A stretch of DNA of 64,000 nucleotides, the filler included, from Dimargaris cristalligena (Eukaryota): the NCBI GenBank assembly GCA_003614675.1. It is 8 parts of 8 records of this genome, joined end to end, with 100 filler letters (N's around TTAATTAATTAA, not from the genome) between each part and the next. Parts side by side here need not be neighbours in the genome. Positions count along the whole stretch, not along the records: positions 24,723 to 32,839 come from ML003354.1; positions 32,940 to 41,047 come from ML003355.1; 6 more parts are not named here. One strand, written 5' to 3'. A model generated the notes under the pieces. That model did not search any database, had not been told where the DNA came from, and worked only from the letters and a program-made list of their open reading frames with translations. The number at the start of each line of letters is the position of its first letter. The first letter of the stretch is position 1. This document shows, piece by piece, positions 25,756 to 37,880 of the stretch. The position numbers and the translations under genes were made by a program.

Positions 25756-28296
25756 GGTTCAAAGAACAAATGAACGAACGAAATAGAAGTGGTATGGGAA
25801 CGGTTCAGAAGGTGGGGGGGCTGTATATACGTAAATGGAAACCAACTGAGGCTCGTTTGCGGAATACGGCTGGCTGGACAATTAGACCCTAGAAAAGTGA
25901 AACCAAGTCTAGGGCTCCGGAACGAGATAAGAACGGTAAGCTAAGGGCAAGGGCAGCAATTGGTTCGAAACGCATGGACTACAGGGAATCTCTAAGCCTG
26001 GAGCCGAAATGGGAAGGCCCATTAAGCTCAACCAGGAAAGGCGTGTGGTAGTCCCAGTGTAAAGCAGTCAAACAAAAAATGGCTTACTGAGTGAGTAAAG
26101 CAACATAGGCTTGTGAAATTGAATGAATAAAACACTATAGGCTATATCGGTTGGCAGATGATATCTTTAACGCTCCCCCCATTAAATCAATAAGTAGAAT
26201 TGGTTACGAGGGGTGTAAAACCACGCCATTTACTATGAGAAGGTTCAATTGCCCAGCACCAGGCTATACGCATTATTACCTTATTCGATGCTTCATCTCT
26301 TAAGACTATTTCTTAGTTGATATAGGCACCGAGCATAGCTGAAGGGGGCAAGTGGCGGCATCAACTTGCCGATAATTGACCCGCGAACTTATCTCTCGCG
26401 CAGTATTTATTAAGCTGATAAAAGGATAACCGCACTACTACAAGTCACCATTTCACTCGATCTATAGGTTTCCCATAGAAGGATATTAACATTGCTCTCT
26501 TCCCTAATGGTGGCCACAGAAACAATGTTGGGACCATGTGTAAAGGGGATACTGCCTTCCGTTACATTCACCCGCCACTTTCCAACTTGTCAAACCCGCT
26601 CTCCCCTCACAATGGATGGAAGTTGGGGCTATACCTCTACTGCCCCGTCCACTCTCAACGCGGGGCCGGGGCTCTTTCTACCACCATCCAGAACCTTATA
26701 AGTTTCCCCTTGATTTGGCCCAGCTGAATATATCTTAGTATACTACGCACAGGTAGGGGTGGTCAGTTTGGAAGGCACTAGGCAAGATGTATCCTAATAT
26801 ATATGTTACAAATGCTGTCAGTTTAATGGGCCACTCTTACAAACCCAACAATAAACGGTACTCCGCAATGAATGGTGGTAGTATTAGGGAATTGTAAGAA
26901 ACTAATGAGGCTGACCAAACCCCTAAACGACCCATCCTTTCGTACGATATTGCATAGGGCCTAACAGATACCTGACTAACCAACACCTGGTCTATCAATA
27001 AAGACAATTCGATGTATATCTGTAATCATATACCTGTTGGGGAGGGGGTGCCGTAAAAATTCACCGAGAATTTACTCCCTTTTTCAGCCCAGTGTGCTGT
27101 CCAACATAGGCGCACTAGTGGAATCCTCCAAACATACAGTATTGGTACACAGCTAATACTATCGATATTCTTGTTTAAGCCCACCATTAACTATATCCCT
27201 GCAGCTTCTCAGTCCTAAAATCACGCCACTATGAATTCCACTTAAATCTCTTACTACCTGCCCTAAATTTAGAGGATGCTTACCGGTATTTATTATCGCA
27301 AGTCTGTCCCCTGCACATCCCGACTGGCCCCATCATGGGCAGCAAATGTGGTATTTCATGGAACTATTCCGAATAACTCTCGCCTTCAAATGTTTCCTAA
27401 AAATAACCACCTAACTACTCGTCTCTTGGAAATCCTTCCTGTCGCATGATCTAATATGCAGTCCCACCCACACATATGTCCTCTCTCATTCAAACCAGTC
27501 TCAACCCCAACCGTCAACAATAACGAGCCTAATTCCATTAGTAAAAGCACGGCTGCGTAACACAGTTGGTATTTTTCCCTTACACAGCATTTTACATCAT
27601 GACAGTATACAGCGAGGTCGTTGTTGGTAGTCGAACAAATGGCTGGTGTGAAATAGACTAACTCACCAAACACGCGTTTACTTTTAACAAAATACTATTA
27701 CCTGTAAGCAGGCATTATCCATAGCTATGGACTACATATGATGAGAGGGGAAAGACATTCGACTTTTGTACATCCTCATGATTGATCGACCACCTGGAAT
27801 GGCCTATCTAACATGGGTAGATGCGTGGAAAGGACCTAAAACGGAAGGAAGGTGCGCATGGCGCTGCAAGTGGTGTTTCAGGCCTAATATTGGGCATCAT
27901 ACGAAATTTCACTTTTATAGTTATGCCCTTTCAGTTGGGGGGTGTTAATCAATCGTTTACTCATACGGCTAAAATTCATTATTATAATATTAAATTTTGA
28001 GCACGGTGTGAGCGAGTAAAATTTTGTATAATCATTTCTCACTAGTAGAGTATATTTCTTCAAACCGGGTTTTATTGTATAGAGCTGGATTGAACCACAC
28101 CTATATATATAAGGAACCCGCCTCCGGCCACTTCACAATGTACCCATGCTCATGCTCACCCGAGACCCCTCTATCCCCGCAACTATTTCTCGATCAAAGG
28201 CCCTCTCCGGTTAGAAATACGCTTACCAATTTGCTTAACCTAGTGTTGTTCATTGAACCCCAAACTTTTACTATACTAACCAATACCACGGCAAAG

Positions 28297-28701
28297 ATGC
28301 GCTGGTATGTCCTCACCTTTCTCGTTTCCCTCACCCTCACCCGAGCCCAGGCCAAACCTGCCTGCCAACAATTTAACCTGAGCGCCCACTATCAACAACT
28401 TCAGGAATTGACCCAAAAGCACGGCTGCTCGGCCGTTCGTCAAGTTGCATGTCAGTACTCCCAGACCCTGTCGGATCAACAGCGCCGAGGAGGCGACCCC
28501 GATATTATTCTCCAAAACCTGGCTAGGTTCGCAGAAAGAGCGTTAGATACGCGTAGTCCTATTGGGGGCCCCCGTTTGTCAAAGAGAGATGCCGATGACT
28601 GTACAGACTGCTGCACAGAGCACTGTTGTACCGGAGGTCTTTTAGGTGCTCTTTTCTGTTGCGTAATGTTCGCTAACTGCTGTGAACCTTGCGGATATTG
28701 A
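28297..28701 (+). CDS. Small secreted prepro-protein (134 aa) with a Kex2 site and a Cys-rich C-terminal peptide
   Basis: Signal peptide MRWYVLTFLVSLTLTRAQA. SKR is followed by DADDCTDCCTEHCCTGGLLGALFCCVMFANCCEPCGY. There is a TATA-like element at about 28102 and a probable 5'-UTR intron (GTTAGA at 28210, TACTAAC, then AAG directly before the ATG). Confidence 0.75.
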   Translation: MRWYVLTFLVSLTLTRAQAKPACQQFNLSAHYQQLQELTQKHGCSAVRQVACQYSQTLSDQQRRGGDPDIILQNLARFAERALDTRSPIGGPRLSKRDADDCTDCCTEHCCTGGLLGALFCCVMFANCCEPCGY

Positions 28702-28991
28702 CATCCTTGCTTATTTAGAAGCGATTCTATAAGCCTGGAAAGTGCGACCACTCCAATATAAACTCTGTCAACTAAACATATTGGGCATTCTATAGTATAC
28801 ATTGTCAATTTAATAAAAAGGAATATATAAGTTTTGAGACAGTAAAGAACCTCTGCATGTCAAACTACGGAATGCATCGACTTCACTGGGATAATGTAAT
28901 CTAGGAAAAACGATTATTTATACAATGACTAGTGATTTTGTAGGCATTAAGCCAGAATCTAGACCATTTATTAGGTCGGGGGTATGTTTTT

Positions 28992-30197
28992 TTACCACCC
29001 GAAAATAACCCGATCATGACCGGCTAGGTCTTGCCAAACACCCACCTGGCTGAATCCAGCTTGAAGTAAATACTCCACGATTGGACGAGTCTGGTGATTC
29101 CCACCTGTTTCCATCACCAATTTGGGGATAGCGGGTAAATTTGAATCCGGCGTTAGCTTCAGCAACTTAGTATTTGTAGCAGTTTGGCCGGCTGGCCGGA
29201 CAATTCCCTGGCGAACTAGTTGGGGAATTAACTGAGCGTAAAAGGACAGACCGTCGTTGTCGCCATGGGGAGCTCCGGGGTTGGGGTGAAGGGTTTGGGG
29301 GACAAGGGCGCGCCGGTCTTCCCAGAGACCCACTTCGGGTAAGAGGGTAGTATGCTCCATTGCCGAAACGTACGGTGGGTTAACTACAACCATATCAGCT
29401 GGTATATCCAAGCCCGAACCCGCAGAGTCGTTGATCGGCCAATGGGGCTTTAGTAATAGGTGTAGATCGGACGACAAGACATCCGCCAGGAGAAACGAGA
29501 CCGAGTTGCACAAACATGTCCGATTGTGGGCCAAATTATCCAAGGCGAGCTGATAAGCAGTAGGTGCGATATCCACCCCAATAATTTGAGCCGACCGGGT
29601 CTTTAGTCCAGCTGCGAGTTGGAGGGCTATACAACCAGACCCGGTACATAAATCCAGGATACGCAGCGGAGAGGATGCCGAATTACTTGACTGCTCGTCG
29701 GAAGTTTTGGACAGCTGATTTAGCCACCGGATCAATTGCATGACCCACTCCTCAGTCTCCCAGCGAGGGATGAGAGTGGGCGAGCGGACTAAGACATCGA
29801 TGAGGTCGCCAAACGGCTGAGTTCCTAGGATGTACTGTAGAGGCTTGCGGTGGTGCACCCGCTCGAAGACTGCCCGCCGTAACCAGCGATACTGGTGCGG
29901 CCGAAGGTCCAATATATCAGGCATAGATAGTGGTTGGTGCGAGTGGTTCATTTTCGCAGGGTGGCAGCTAGTTTCGGTATTTCGTCGACGAATCCGATGT
30001 AGGTACGATCGGGGTGAGTTCGCGGGACATGCCGAATTGTGGCCAGAGGTTCGGGTCGGGATTTGGGCGGCATGGTCTTGAAGCCAACGCAATTCCTGTC
30101 GGGCGTTACTCAGGCCTCCCTCTGTGGGCAATTTGGCTAGGCGATCGTGAAGACCCCTTAGAGCTTGGGCAAGCGTGCGAGCATGACCCCGGGGCAT
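28992..30197 (-). CDS. MTQ1: HemK/PrmC-family release-factor glutamine N5-methyltransferase, mitochondrial type
   Basis: KPLQYILGTQPF, LIPRWETEEWV, ILDLCTGSGCIAL, NPPY, DGLSFY and WQDLAGHDR. Confidence 0.92.
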   Translation of the reverse strand: MPRGHARTLAQALRGLHDRLAKLPTEGGLSNARQELRWLQDHAAQIPTRTSGHNSACPANSPRSYLHRIRRRNTETSCHPAKMNHSHQPLSMPDILDLRPHQYRWLRRAVFERVHHRKPLQYILGTQPFGDLIDVLVRSPTLIPRWETEEWVMQLIRWLNQLSKTSDEQSSNSASSPLRILDLCTGSGCIALQLAAGLKTRSAQIIGVDIAPTAYQLALDNLAHNRTCLCNSVSFLLADVLSSDLHLLLKPHWPINDSAGSGLDIPADMVVVNPPYVSAMEHTTLLPEVGLWEDRRALVPQTLHPNPGAPHGDNDGLSFYAQLIPQLVRQGIVRPAGQTATNTKLLKLTPDSNLPAIPKLVMETGGNHQTRPIVEYLLQAGFSQVGVWQDLAGHDRVIFGW

Positions 30198-31065
30198 TGA
30201 AGAAACGGATCCCTCAAGCGAATTCCGCGTACCTCCGGAAAGAATAGCTTGGGAAGTTCAATGGAGAGAGGGGGGAGTAAAAAACGAATGAGACTCGCTA
30301 TATCTGTTTCGGTATTTTAGCCCTTATCGCTAAAATGGCTGTGCCGTTGGACCAAGCTATTACAGGCTATTTCTAATCATTTAATTTGGTTAAAATTGCT
30401 GAAAAGCACAACTGGGTACAGCAGTCGTAAATACCGGATTTAAAGTGGACTTATTCAATCCGGGAGTGGCGATTCCTGGCCTATATATCGAACCAAGAGT
30501 GGCTCGGATGCTGAATATTAACCATTAAATTGCTTTCTAACCCTAACAGCACCTTTAAAACCGACTACTGCATATAATCCCCAGGCATTGTTAAGGGCCC
30601 CCAATACCTTTCGGTACATTTTTAATCCATCATCGGTGTATTTCAAGGCTATACAGTGGCCTCCTCAGAATACAGAAATAGATAATGCATCTAGCTTGTC
30701 TGTTTTCTGCATCAGATGGACGAATACAATACGCTAGACAAGTTCTAGCAGCAAGCTCAGCCTCTAGTTTATTCCCTCAAGCCGAGAGATGAAACCCTTT
30801 AACTATGAACTAGCAAAGATAAACCACAATAAATTTTACGAGGGCTATCAATCTCCTGTCCACCTGGAAGTCACCTGACCCACTTTTATCCAACTGGGAT
30901 GAAAAAGAGGGAAAACACGATAGTGCTGTCCACCACCACCATCATTCAAACGCGTATTGGTGTATAAGAGATTCCTTGGAAACCGCTGTGCCTCGATTCT
31001 ACCCTTTTACTTCATTTGTCGTTTCTTCATTGTCGAACTCGGAGGTATCCCAGCACATCATCAAA

Positions 31066-32495
31066 ATGGTATGTAACGACTCCGTCTATAACCCTTGCCG
31101 TCATCCGCCGCTGCTATCGCTCACTCGCTGGTTCACCCAACCACCCGCCTATCCATCCATCCAGATGTTGGTTACATCGACTACTGTGACATCCGTAACA
31201 GACTAACGAGTCGATTGACTATCGAATGGATGGATGGATGGAAAACTGGGAGAATGGTAGTACGGATTACTCAATCGGTCCTATGGAACACCATCCTTTC
31301 TCGTCCACCCGCTAACCTCTCCATCTATTCTAACTATTGTCTTTCCGTCGTTTTCCCCATACCAACAGTCGAAGAAAGCTAAGAAGGTCCAACCCGAACA
31401 GAACATCTCTCTCGGCCCCCAGGTCCGTGAGGGTGAGCTCGTCTTCGGCGTTGCTCGCATTTTCGCCTCCTTCAACGACACCTTCGTCCACGTTACTGAT
31501 CTCTCCGGTCGCGAAACCATCACTCGTGTGACCGGTAAGTAGCACTACGATTAGTCTACATAGCTTGTCCTAATCCCTCCCCTCCCCGCATTTCTATTGA
31601 CCGCCTTGACATACATACATGGCCCAATATGTCGCATCTCCCACAAAGAGGGGAGGGGGAGTATGTCCATAAAGTCCTGTTTCCTATTGTTTGTGAATTT
31701 GTAACCACACGAATGCGCATAACTAACCAGGGCTCCCCAACTGACCTCGTTAATCACGCGTCAACATCCTATACCAAACCACCACCTGGGTTCTGTTCGG
31801 TCTTCTCTCTCAATCTGATATTGCGGCAACGGTTGTTGTGCTGGGAATGCACATTGATCAGCTGGCTAACTATTAACCTTTGAGTCGTTGTCGTGCAACA
31901 TGGAAATGTTTTACGATCAACTTAGACGTCCTGGAAGGGGTGTCACTCACGGCTGATAGGGTCATTCTGAGTTGAACCTTTGGGTTTTTTCTTTTATGCC
32001 GATAGCTATTCCTTACCGGGGGAGCATTATCAGATTCCTGAGCTGAGTTGGGTGCTGACGAACTTTGGCTGTTGTGGGGGATTGACACAATCAATGGGAA
32101 TAGTGGTGACTTACGTTGACTCCTAATTGATTACCCCCTGACCGGTTCGCTAATGTGGTTGGACTTTTGATCTTGGTTTTACATTTTTCCCTCTGGTTTT
32201 ACATTTTAAAGGTGGTATGAAGGTGAAGGCCGATCGTGACGAATCGTCTCCCTACGCCGCCATGTTGGCCGCCCAGGACGCTGCCGTCCGGTGCAAGGAG
32301 CTCGGTATCACCGCTCTGCACGTCAAGATCCGTGCCACCGGTGGTACTGGTACCAAGACCCCCGGTCCTGGTGCCCAGAGCGCTCTCCGTGCCCTGGCCC
32401 GTGCCGGTATGAAGATTGGCCGTATTGAAGACACCACCCCCATCCCCACCGACGGTACCCGTCGCAAGGGTGGTCGCCGTGGTCGTCGTCTGTAG
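31066..32495 (+). CDS. RPS14: 40S ribosomal protein S14 (uS11); 3 exons (31066-31068, 31369-31534, 32212-32495), 150 aa
   Basis: Spliced product MSKKAKK...[54 protein letters not shown]...[11 protein letters not shown]. Confidence 0.98.
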
Positions 32496-32839
32496 TTTTG
32501 TGCGAGTCAAATTAATATCTCTCTCATCTCTCCAGATTTTGCCTCGCTCCCATTATTCTCGCGTGCAGTTCTTGGAATCATACTTTCCTCATCTTACCTT
32601 TTGGAGGTTTCTTCAAGAGCACCGCTTGAGCGCATATTCCAACTATGCTTTCCAGTTCTGGGTTAATTCGTCAATAAAACTAACCAGCTGTATCTAGTTC
32701 ACATGATGTTATAAGCTCGGGGGCTATTGATTTGTTTCACCGATACTTTGGGGGATATGGCTGTATGGATTGGTTTATTGAGATTTATAAGTGGGATGTG
32801 TGGGGGGGGGGGTAGGAAGGATATCAGCCAGATAGAAGC

Positions 32840-32939
32840 NNNNNNNNNNNNNNNNNNNNNNNNNNNNNNNNNNNNNNNNNNNNTTAATTAATTAANNNNN
32901 NNNNNNNNNNNNNNNNNNNNNNNNNNNNNNNNNNNNNNN
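32840..32939. other. Artificial contig-joining spacer
   Basis: N44-TTAATTAATTAA-N44. Confidence 0.99.
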
Positions 32940-32994
32940 TGCATTTGAGCCTGAAACTATATACCCAACTATCCCTATCGGATGCCGAACAGAT
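32940..32994 (+). repeat. 55-bp contig-terminal inverted repeat, left copy
   Basis: Exact reverse complement of 40993-41047. Confidence 0.95.
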
Positions 32995-33552
32995 AATAGA
33001 ATGGTTGCGATGTAAAAAGGGTTGGCGGGCTGCCCCGGCCTGGGAAATCGCGAAAGTGACTGGGTAGGGTGGATTAACTTCCTTGTTCACCACCCATCCT
33101 GAAGTATGGGACGGGACGGCGGTGGCCATTGGAACAAAGTACGACTGCGCCAAAAACGGTGACTGTGAGAAGAAAAGAGTGGGAGGGAGGTGTGTATGGT
33201 ATAAACTGATTACGTATGAGATAGATAAGCATAACCCTATTTACACTCAAGGGAAATGGTATTGCGCCAAATGGCAGTGGACCTGATGTCTAGGCACAGT
33301 AGGGGGAGAGATTCGGGCCTTTAGATAGAGGAGACCCAGAAATTACTAGAACCCAATTAAGATGCCATCCCATCATCTAGATTGGGTTTTCTGGGGGAGG
33401 AGATGCGTGTGTGTGTGTGGTTGGTTGGCGGTTGATGACGAGCGAATTCAACAGCAAGAACCCCCAATCAAAGGATGGTAATTGGGCGAGGATATCCATT
33501 GCTCCTCATCCTCTAACCTTATGGTGGTTATTAGCCGAGAAGCAATTAATTA

Positions 33553-33696
33553 ATATGGGAGAAGTTCATTCAGGCTGTATAATGAAAAATCCATTGGATG
33601 AGGCCAAGATTACTGGTTAAAAGCTATTCTCACATATATTCGCCCATACACGTATTATGTAAAACCTTATACAGCTGGTTTGAATTTTACCCATAT
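33553..33696 (+). mobile_element. 144-bp MITE-like element, copy 1
   Basis: Imperfect TIRs of about 30 bp (ATATGGGAGAAGTTCATTCAGGCTGTATAA ... TTATACAGCTGGTTTGAATTTTACCCATAT). Colinear with 37737-37880 and 46910-47053. Confidence 0.8.
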
Positions 33697-35171
33697 CTAA
33701 AGGTCCAGCTTCTTTCATTACGATGAAAATGAGAATGTGTTAGTAGTATCTACGTCCCCCATAGTATGATAGCGTAAATAACCTGTGGTCGGCACGGTGA
33801 AGTAACGGCGACGAAAAATAGCATAGATAACGCCAATATCTGGCGGCCAAAATGCGTGAATAAACAATATAAACCCTGTAATGATCAAAGATTATCAAGA
33901 AATCAGGATTAAAATAGATCTTGTTTTTAAGGAAAATACACATGAAAAATATATAAAAACAACAATCTAGTAATGGCACAGCCCTATTTAAAACCCTTAT
34001 ATTCCGCGACCCCTTTGCTCGTTTACCAGAAGCACCCACCGAGCATTAATTTCAAAGGCTAAATTGGAAGATGAAACACCCCGTGGGTAAGATGAGAGGG
34101 TTGGGGGGGTGGGTAATACTTACCGGGTTTTGACTCCCACAATAGTGAAATTAGCTTGGCGGAATACAAGCATTGATAATATGCCAAAAAAAATTAATAA
34201 TGTATCATGAAGGGAAGAAGAGAGCGGTGAAGCCTTCGGAAGGGGAATAGTGAGCATTGTTGTCCCATTCGGGTCTGGCCAGAATTGTTTTATTTCACAC
34301 ACACGGTATACCGCCAAAAGAGCTCAATGATAGAGAGAGAGAGAGATACAGCATTGCTCATTCTTATTTCTAAATTAAGCCCCTGGCGTGTATTCGAAAT
34401 AGAATTTACCACGAAATGGCATTGTCCAGCTATTTTTAAATCCACATAGAGGGTGGTGCCGCTATTCTGAGCCATGCTGGTGGTCTGGATAAACACCCCC
34501 CTATTTTAAACCAGCTATACACCACATCCAACCCACCTCACGCTAACGCCATTATTCCCATGGGTTTAGATTGGCCACGGCATTAGCTTCAGTGACATTC
34601 TATTTCGAGTAATAGACACAGGTTGACCCATGTGGATAACACAAATAATTAGTTTATTGATCAATTAAGCCAAATAACGAACAACCACAACAGTAGCTCC
34701 ACACCAACCTACAATGCAGTTTCACGGAGGTCATGGTGCAGAAAAACGGGGGGTGTAATGAAATATACAGCTAAAGTCAAGCCAGCTAGTATAGAAGATT
34801 AGACTAAAAAGTACTAGAATGCCCAAAGCCATATTTGGCCAGCGCAATGATGTGCAGTGAGAATGGGAAGGCGGAAATGGCTACCAAAATAGAAAACCGA
34901 CCGGGCTATTGAGCGTTAAATGCCAGTCGCACATGCCCCGTTCATTAAGACCAAACAGTAGTCATAAAAAGAGAATGTACGCGCACAGTTGATAAGCCAT
35001 CTGTATATATATGCGTTAATAGAGGTATGGTATGCCCAATGTTGGGGGTTCGATGAGAAGCGTGATAACCTCTTCCATTTTCAAAACGAATTGGCTAGAG
35101 TGGGCAAAAGGAATATGATTAGAGAGAGAAGCGCCGAAGCAGAGCGTATGCAGAAACAGACTACTACCCGT

Positions 35172-35798
35172 TTACATGAGCTGGTTGGTCAGGGCCAGGA
35201 CAGCGGCGAGGGCCACACCCTGGGACAAGAGGGGGATGGTCAGAGTACCGGCAGCACTGTCATCGGCATCGTTGGTGTCGGTAGCGGTGTTAGTACGGGT
35301 GCTAGTGGCGGGCTTGGCGGGGGCCTTGGTGCTGGTGATGATCACGGTGGAACCCTTGGAGTCCTTGCTGGTGATAAGGGTGACCTCCTCGGATTCGGAA
35401 GCCTGGGTCCGGGTGGCGGAAGAGCCAGCGGAAGTGCGGGTGTTGTTGCTAGAGTTGCTGGCAGTGTTGGTGGGCTCGGCCGAGTCGGAGCCGGTTTCGC
35501 TGGGCTGCTCGGACTCGGAGGCAGAGGCGGCCGGGCTGGAGGTGGGCTCGGAGGACTCGCTGGAAGAGGGGTTGTTGGCCTCTTCAGTGGCGGAGCTGCT
35601 GCTAGAGTCGACGGGGACGCTTACGGAAGACTCGACGATGACATCCGAGCTGGAGTTATCGGGGTTGGCGCCGGAGCTGGAGTCGCCGGTGCTAGGGCTT
35701 TCATTGTCAGGGTTGTCAACTTCGACCTGGGCGTGGACGGAAGCGAGCTGGGCGACAGCCAGGAAGGCGAGGATCAGAGCGGCGGTCTTGGCGTTCAT
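35172..35798 (-). CDS. Ser/Thr-rich GPI-anchored cell-surface protein (208 aa)
   Basis: N-terminal signal peptide, S/T/E-rich stalk, omega-like DSAAG followed by a hydrophobic tail. Strong C/G-ending codon bias. Confidence 0.85.
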   Translation of the reverse strand: MNAKTAALILAFLAVAQLASVHAQVEVDNPDNESPSTGDSSSGANPDNSSSDVIVESSVSVPVDSSSSSATEEANNPSSSESSEPTSSPAASASESEQPSETGSDSAEPTNTASNSSNNTRTSAGSSATRTQASESEEVTLITSKDSKGSTVIITSTKAPAKPATSTRTNTATDTNDADDSAAGTLTIPLLSQGVALAAVLALTNQLM

Positions 35799-36007
35799 GT
35801 TGGAAAGATGAGGTGGAAGTGGGGGGGAGGGAGAGTAGTAGAGTACAGATGAGGGGAATTAGGTGTATTATGCAGAGGCGCAAAGTAAAGAGTAGGAGAG
35901 GCTAGTGGTAGTAGTAGAAGAGCAGCTCGAGAAATAGGCAAATTAACGGCCGTTATTAGAAGGGAACAAGTAGAGAGAGGGATAGGGATAGTGCAGTGGG
36001 ATAGGTT

Positions 36008-36033
36008 TATATATATATATATATATATATATA
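36008..36033. repeat. (TA)13 microsatellite upstream of the GPI-protein gene
   Basis: Read directly from the sequence. Confidence 0.9.
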
Positions 36034-37736
36034 AATATCATTTATCTACATCAGTCCAAACAGCAGCATATATTTTATGAACATGGGGGCACTGTTGCTG
36101 CTGGGGCGGGATTCGCATGTATGCGCATACACACTGATGGGATACGGCAAGGGGAGGGAAAAGGGGGAAGTAGTAGGATAATAATTTTTTAGGCGCATCA
36201 TCATTTCAAAAGGGGGGAACAATGGACCATTCGGAACGATAGGCCAACGGTGACCCACTCATCACCACCAACGGATAAGGGATCCACCCACCCAACTCAT
36301 ACACCATCACTGCTGGCCACTGGTCTTGTATGAGTGGGCCTGGGCCGCATGGAAAAATGACGTGGAGGATTGGTCCGGCCTACTCTGGCAGGGGGGAGGA
36401 GGCATCAGCAGAACAGCCCAGAGAGAGAAGGGAGCAAACACCCCCAAGTGAAGTATAGTGTGCGGGTTGGCTACGACAACGAAAAAAAGACTGGCCAACA
36501 GGAGCATATGGCGTAAAAAGCCGATCGGCTGACTGGGGACACGGACCAATTATTGGCATTGCCGCTTTCCACTAATAATACTCAATGGTTCCGTGGTCGG
36601 CTATTTGGTGAATTGGACTTGCAGAGCCGGCCTCCGGTTTTTTACAGAAGCCAAGGGGCGGAGGATTCTACTTCAGTTGCGGGCTATTGGAAGACGGAGA
36701 GAAAGAGAGAGAGATTGGGGAGAATGAATAAAATAGTCCACAGGAGGAGAAAAGGAGGGGGGATTGAGCAATACCATCGTCGACCGCTCCTCTCCATCGA
36801 AAGACCCAGGAATTTATTATAATCAGTTATCGGCTCTACTCGATCCCCGCTGAATAATCGGTACTGGGCAATATCGTCTCTATTATTACACTTGCCCAAT
36901 AAAGGCCCCCGGCTAATGCTTGGCGTTGAAGCCCCATGTTGGCCCCGGGCCACACCGCGCCGCGTACACCATGGTTTAATTCGCTCGCCTTAGTAAAGTC
37001 TCTCGCTGTATTTTCGGAATCAACGAGAGAGTGCGAGAGGGAGGGATACTATAGCCTCCCCCATATGAATACACCCTACAATAGCCTAGCTTTGGTGCAT
37101 TTACTTCAACCAAAGGTATCGCCAATGTCTCTCTATTAACAACATAATACATACACCAGGTATATCACATACTGAATGAGGTAAGTTTTCGGTGCAAGGC
37201 AATGCAGGCGGACATGCTTCTCTCTGTCAGGGCGATGTGCATTCCCAGCCTCCGTAGTCAATGGAAGCGTAGCTATTATATTCTATTATCTTCGATTAGC
37301 CAAACAATACCCCTTTCGCGCGCCAAGAAAACGGAACAAATGTCCATGGATTCTTGGCCATTTCTACTGCTGTATGACTACTGGTCAACCAGGGCCGGCT
37401 ATAGGGGGCCAATCAGTGGCGGGGGCCCCTGCCGCGCAACCATATTCCCGTTTGTCTATTCCGACTATCTCCACTACTGCCGTGCTAAGAATCGGCGGCT
37501 CCCGTCGCTCAGCTGAGCATCATTCACCACTCTGTTCGAACATTCTCTGTAGCACACACTAGCCACCCACTCAATCTACCTACGACATCTCTCTCTCATC
37601 AACTCCTGTTTTTCTTTATCTTCTTCCATTCCATCTGTTCACCTATTATCTTCATTTTCTGAATCCTGCCAAAGCAAATGTGCCCACAGCTACACTAACC
37701 TATGACCAACTAACTACATAGAGCAACAATAACTCT

Positions 37737-37880
37737 ATATGGGAGAAGTTCATCCAAGCTGTATAACGAAAAATCCATTAGATTCGGCCAATATTACTAG
37801 TTAAAAATACATTTCCCATCTATTTTCCCATACACGCATAATGTAAACCCTTATATAGCTGGGCCGAATTTCACCCATAT
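37737..37880 (+). mobile_element. 144-bp MITE-like element, copy 2
   Basis: Same length and TIRs as 33553-33696, in direct orientation. Confidence 0.8.

Noticed and set aside
22421..30548. Telomere-like TAGGGTTAGGG (about 22425) and CTAACCCTAA (about 30537) motifs in divergent promoters
   Set aside because: Each has fewer than two full repeat units, and there are too few instances to tell a telobox from chance.
31921..31934. CTTAGACGTCCTGG resembling a conserved 18S rRNA segment inside the RPS14 intron
   Set aside because: It is only 14 nt, in sense orientation so not a guide, and not the known uS11-binding helix. Probably chance.
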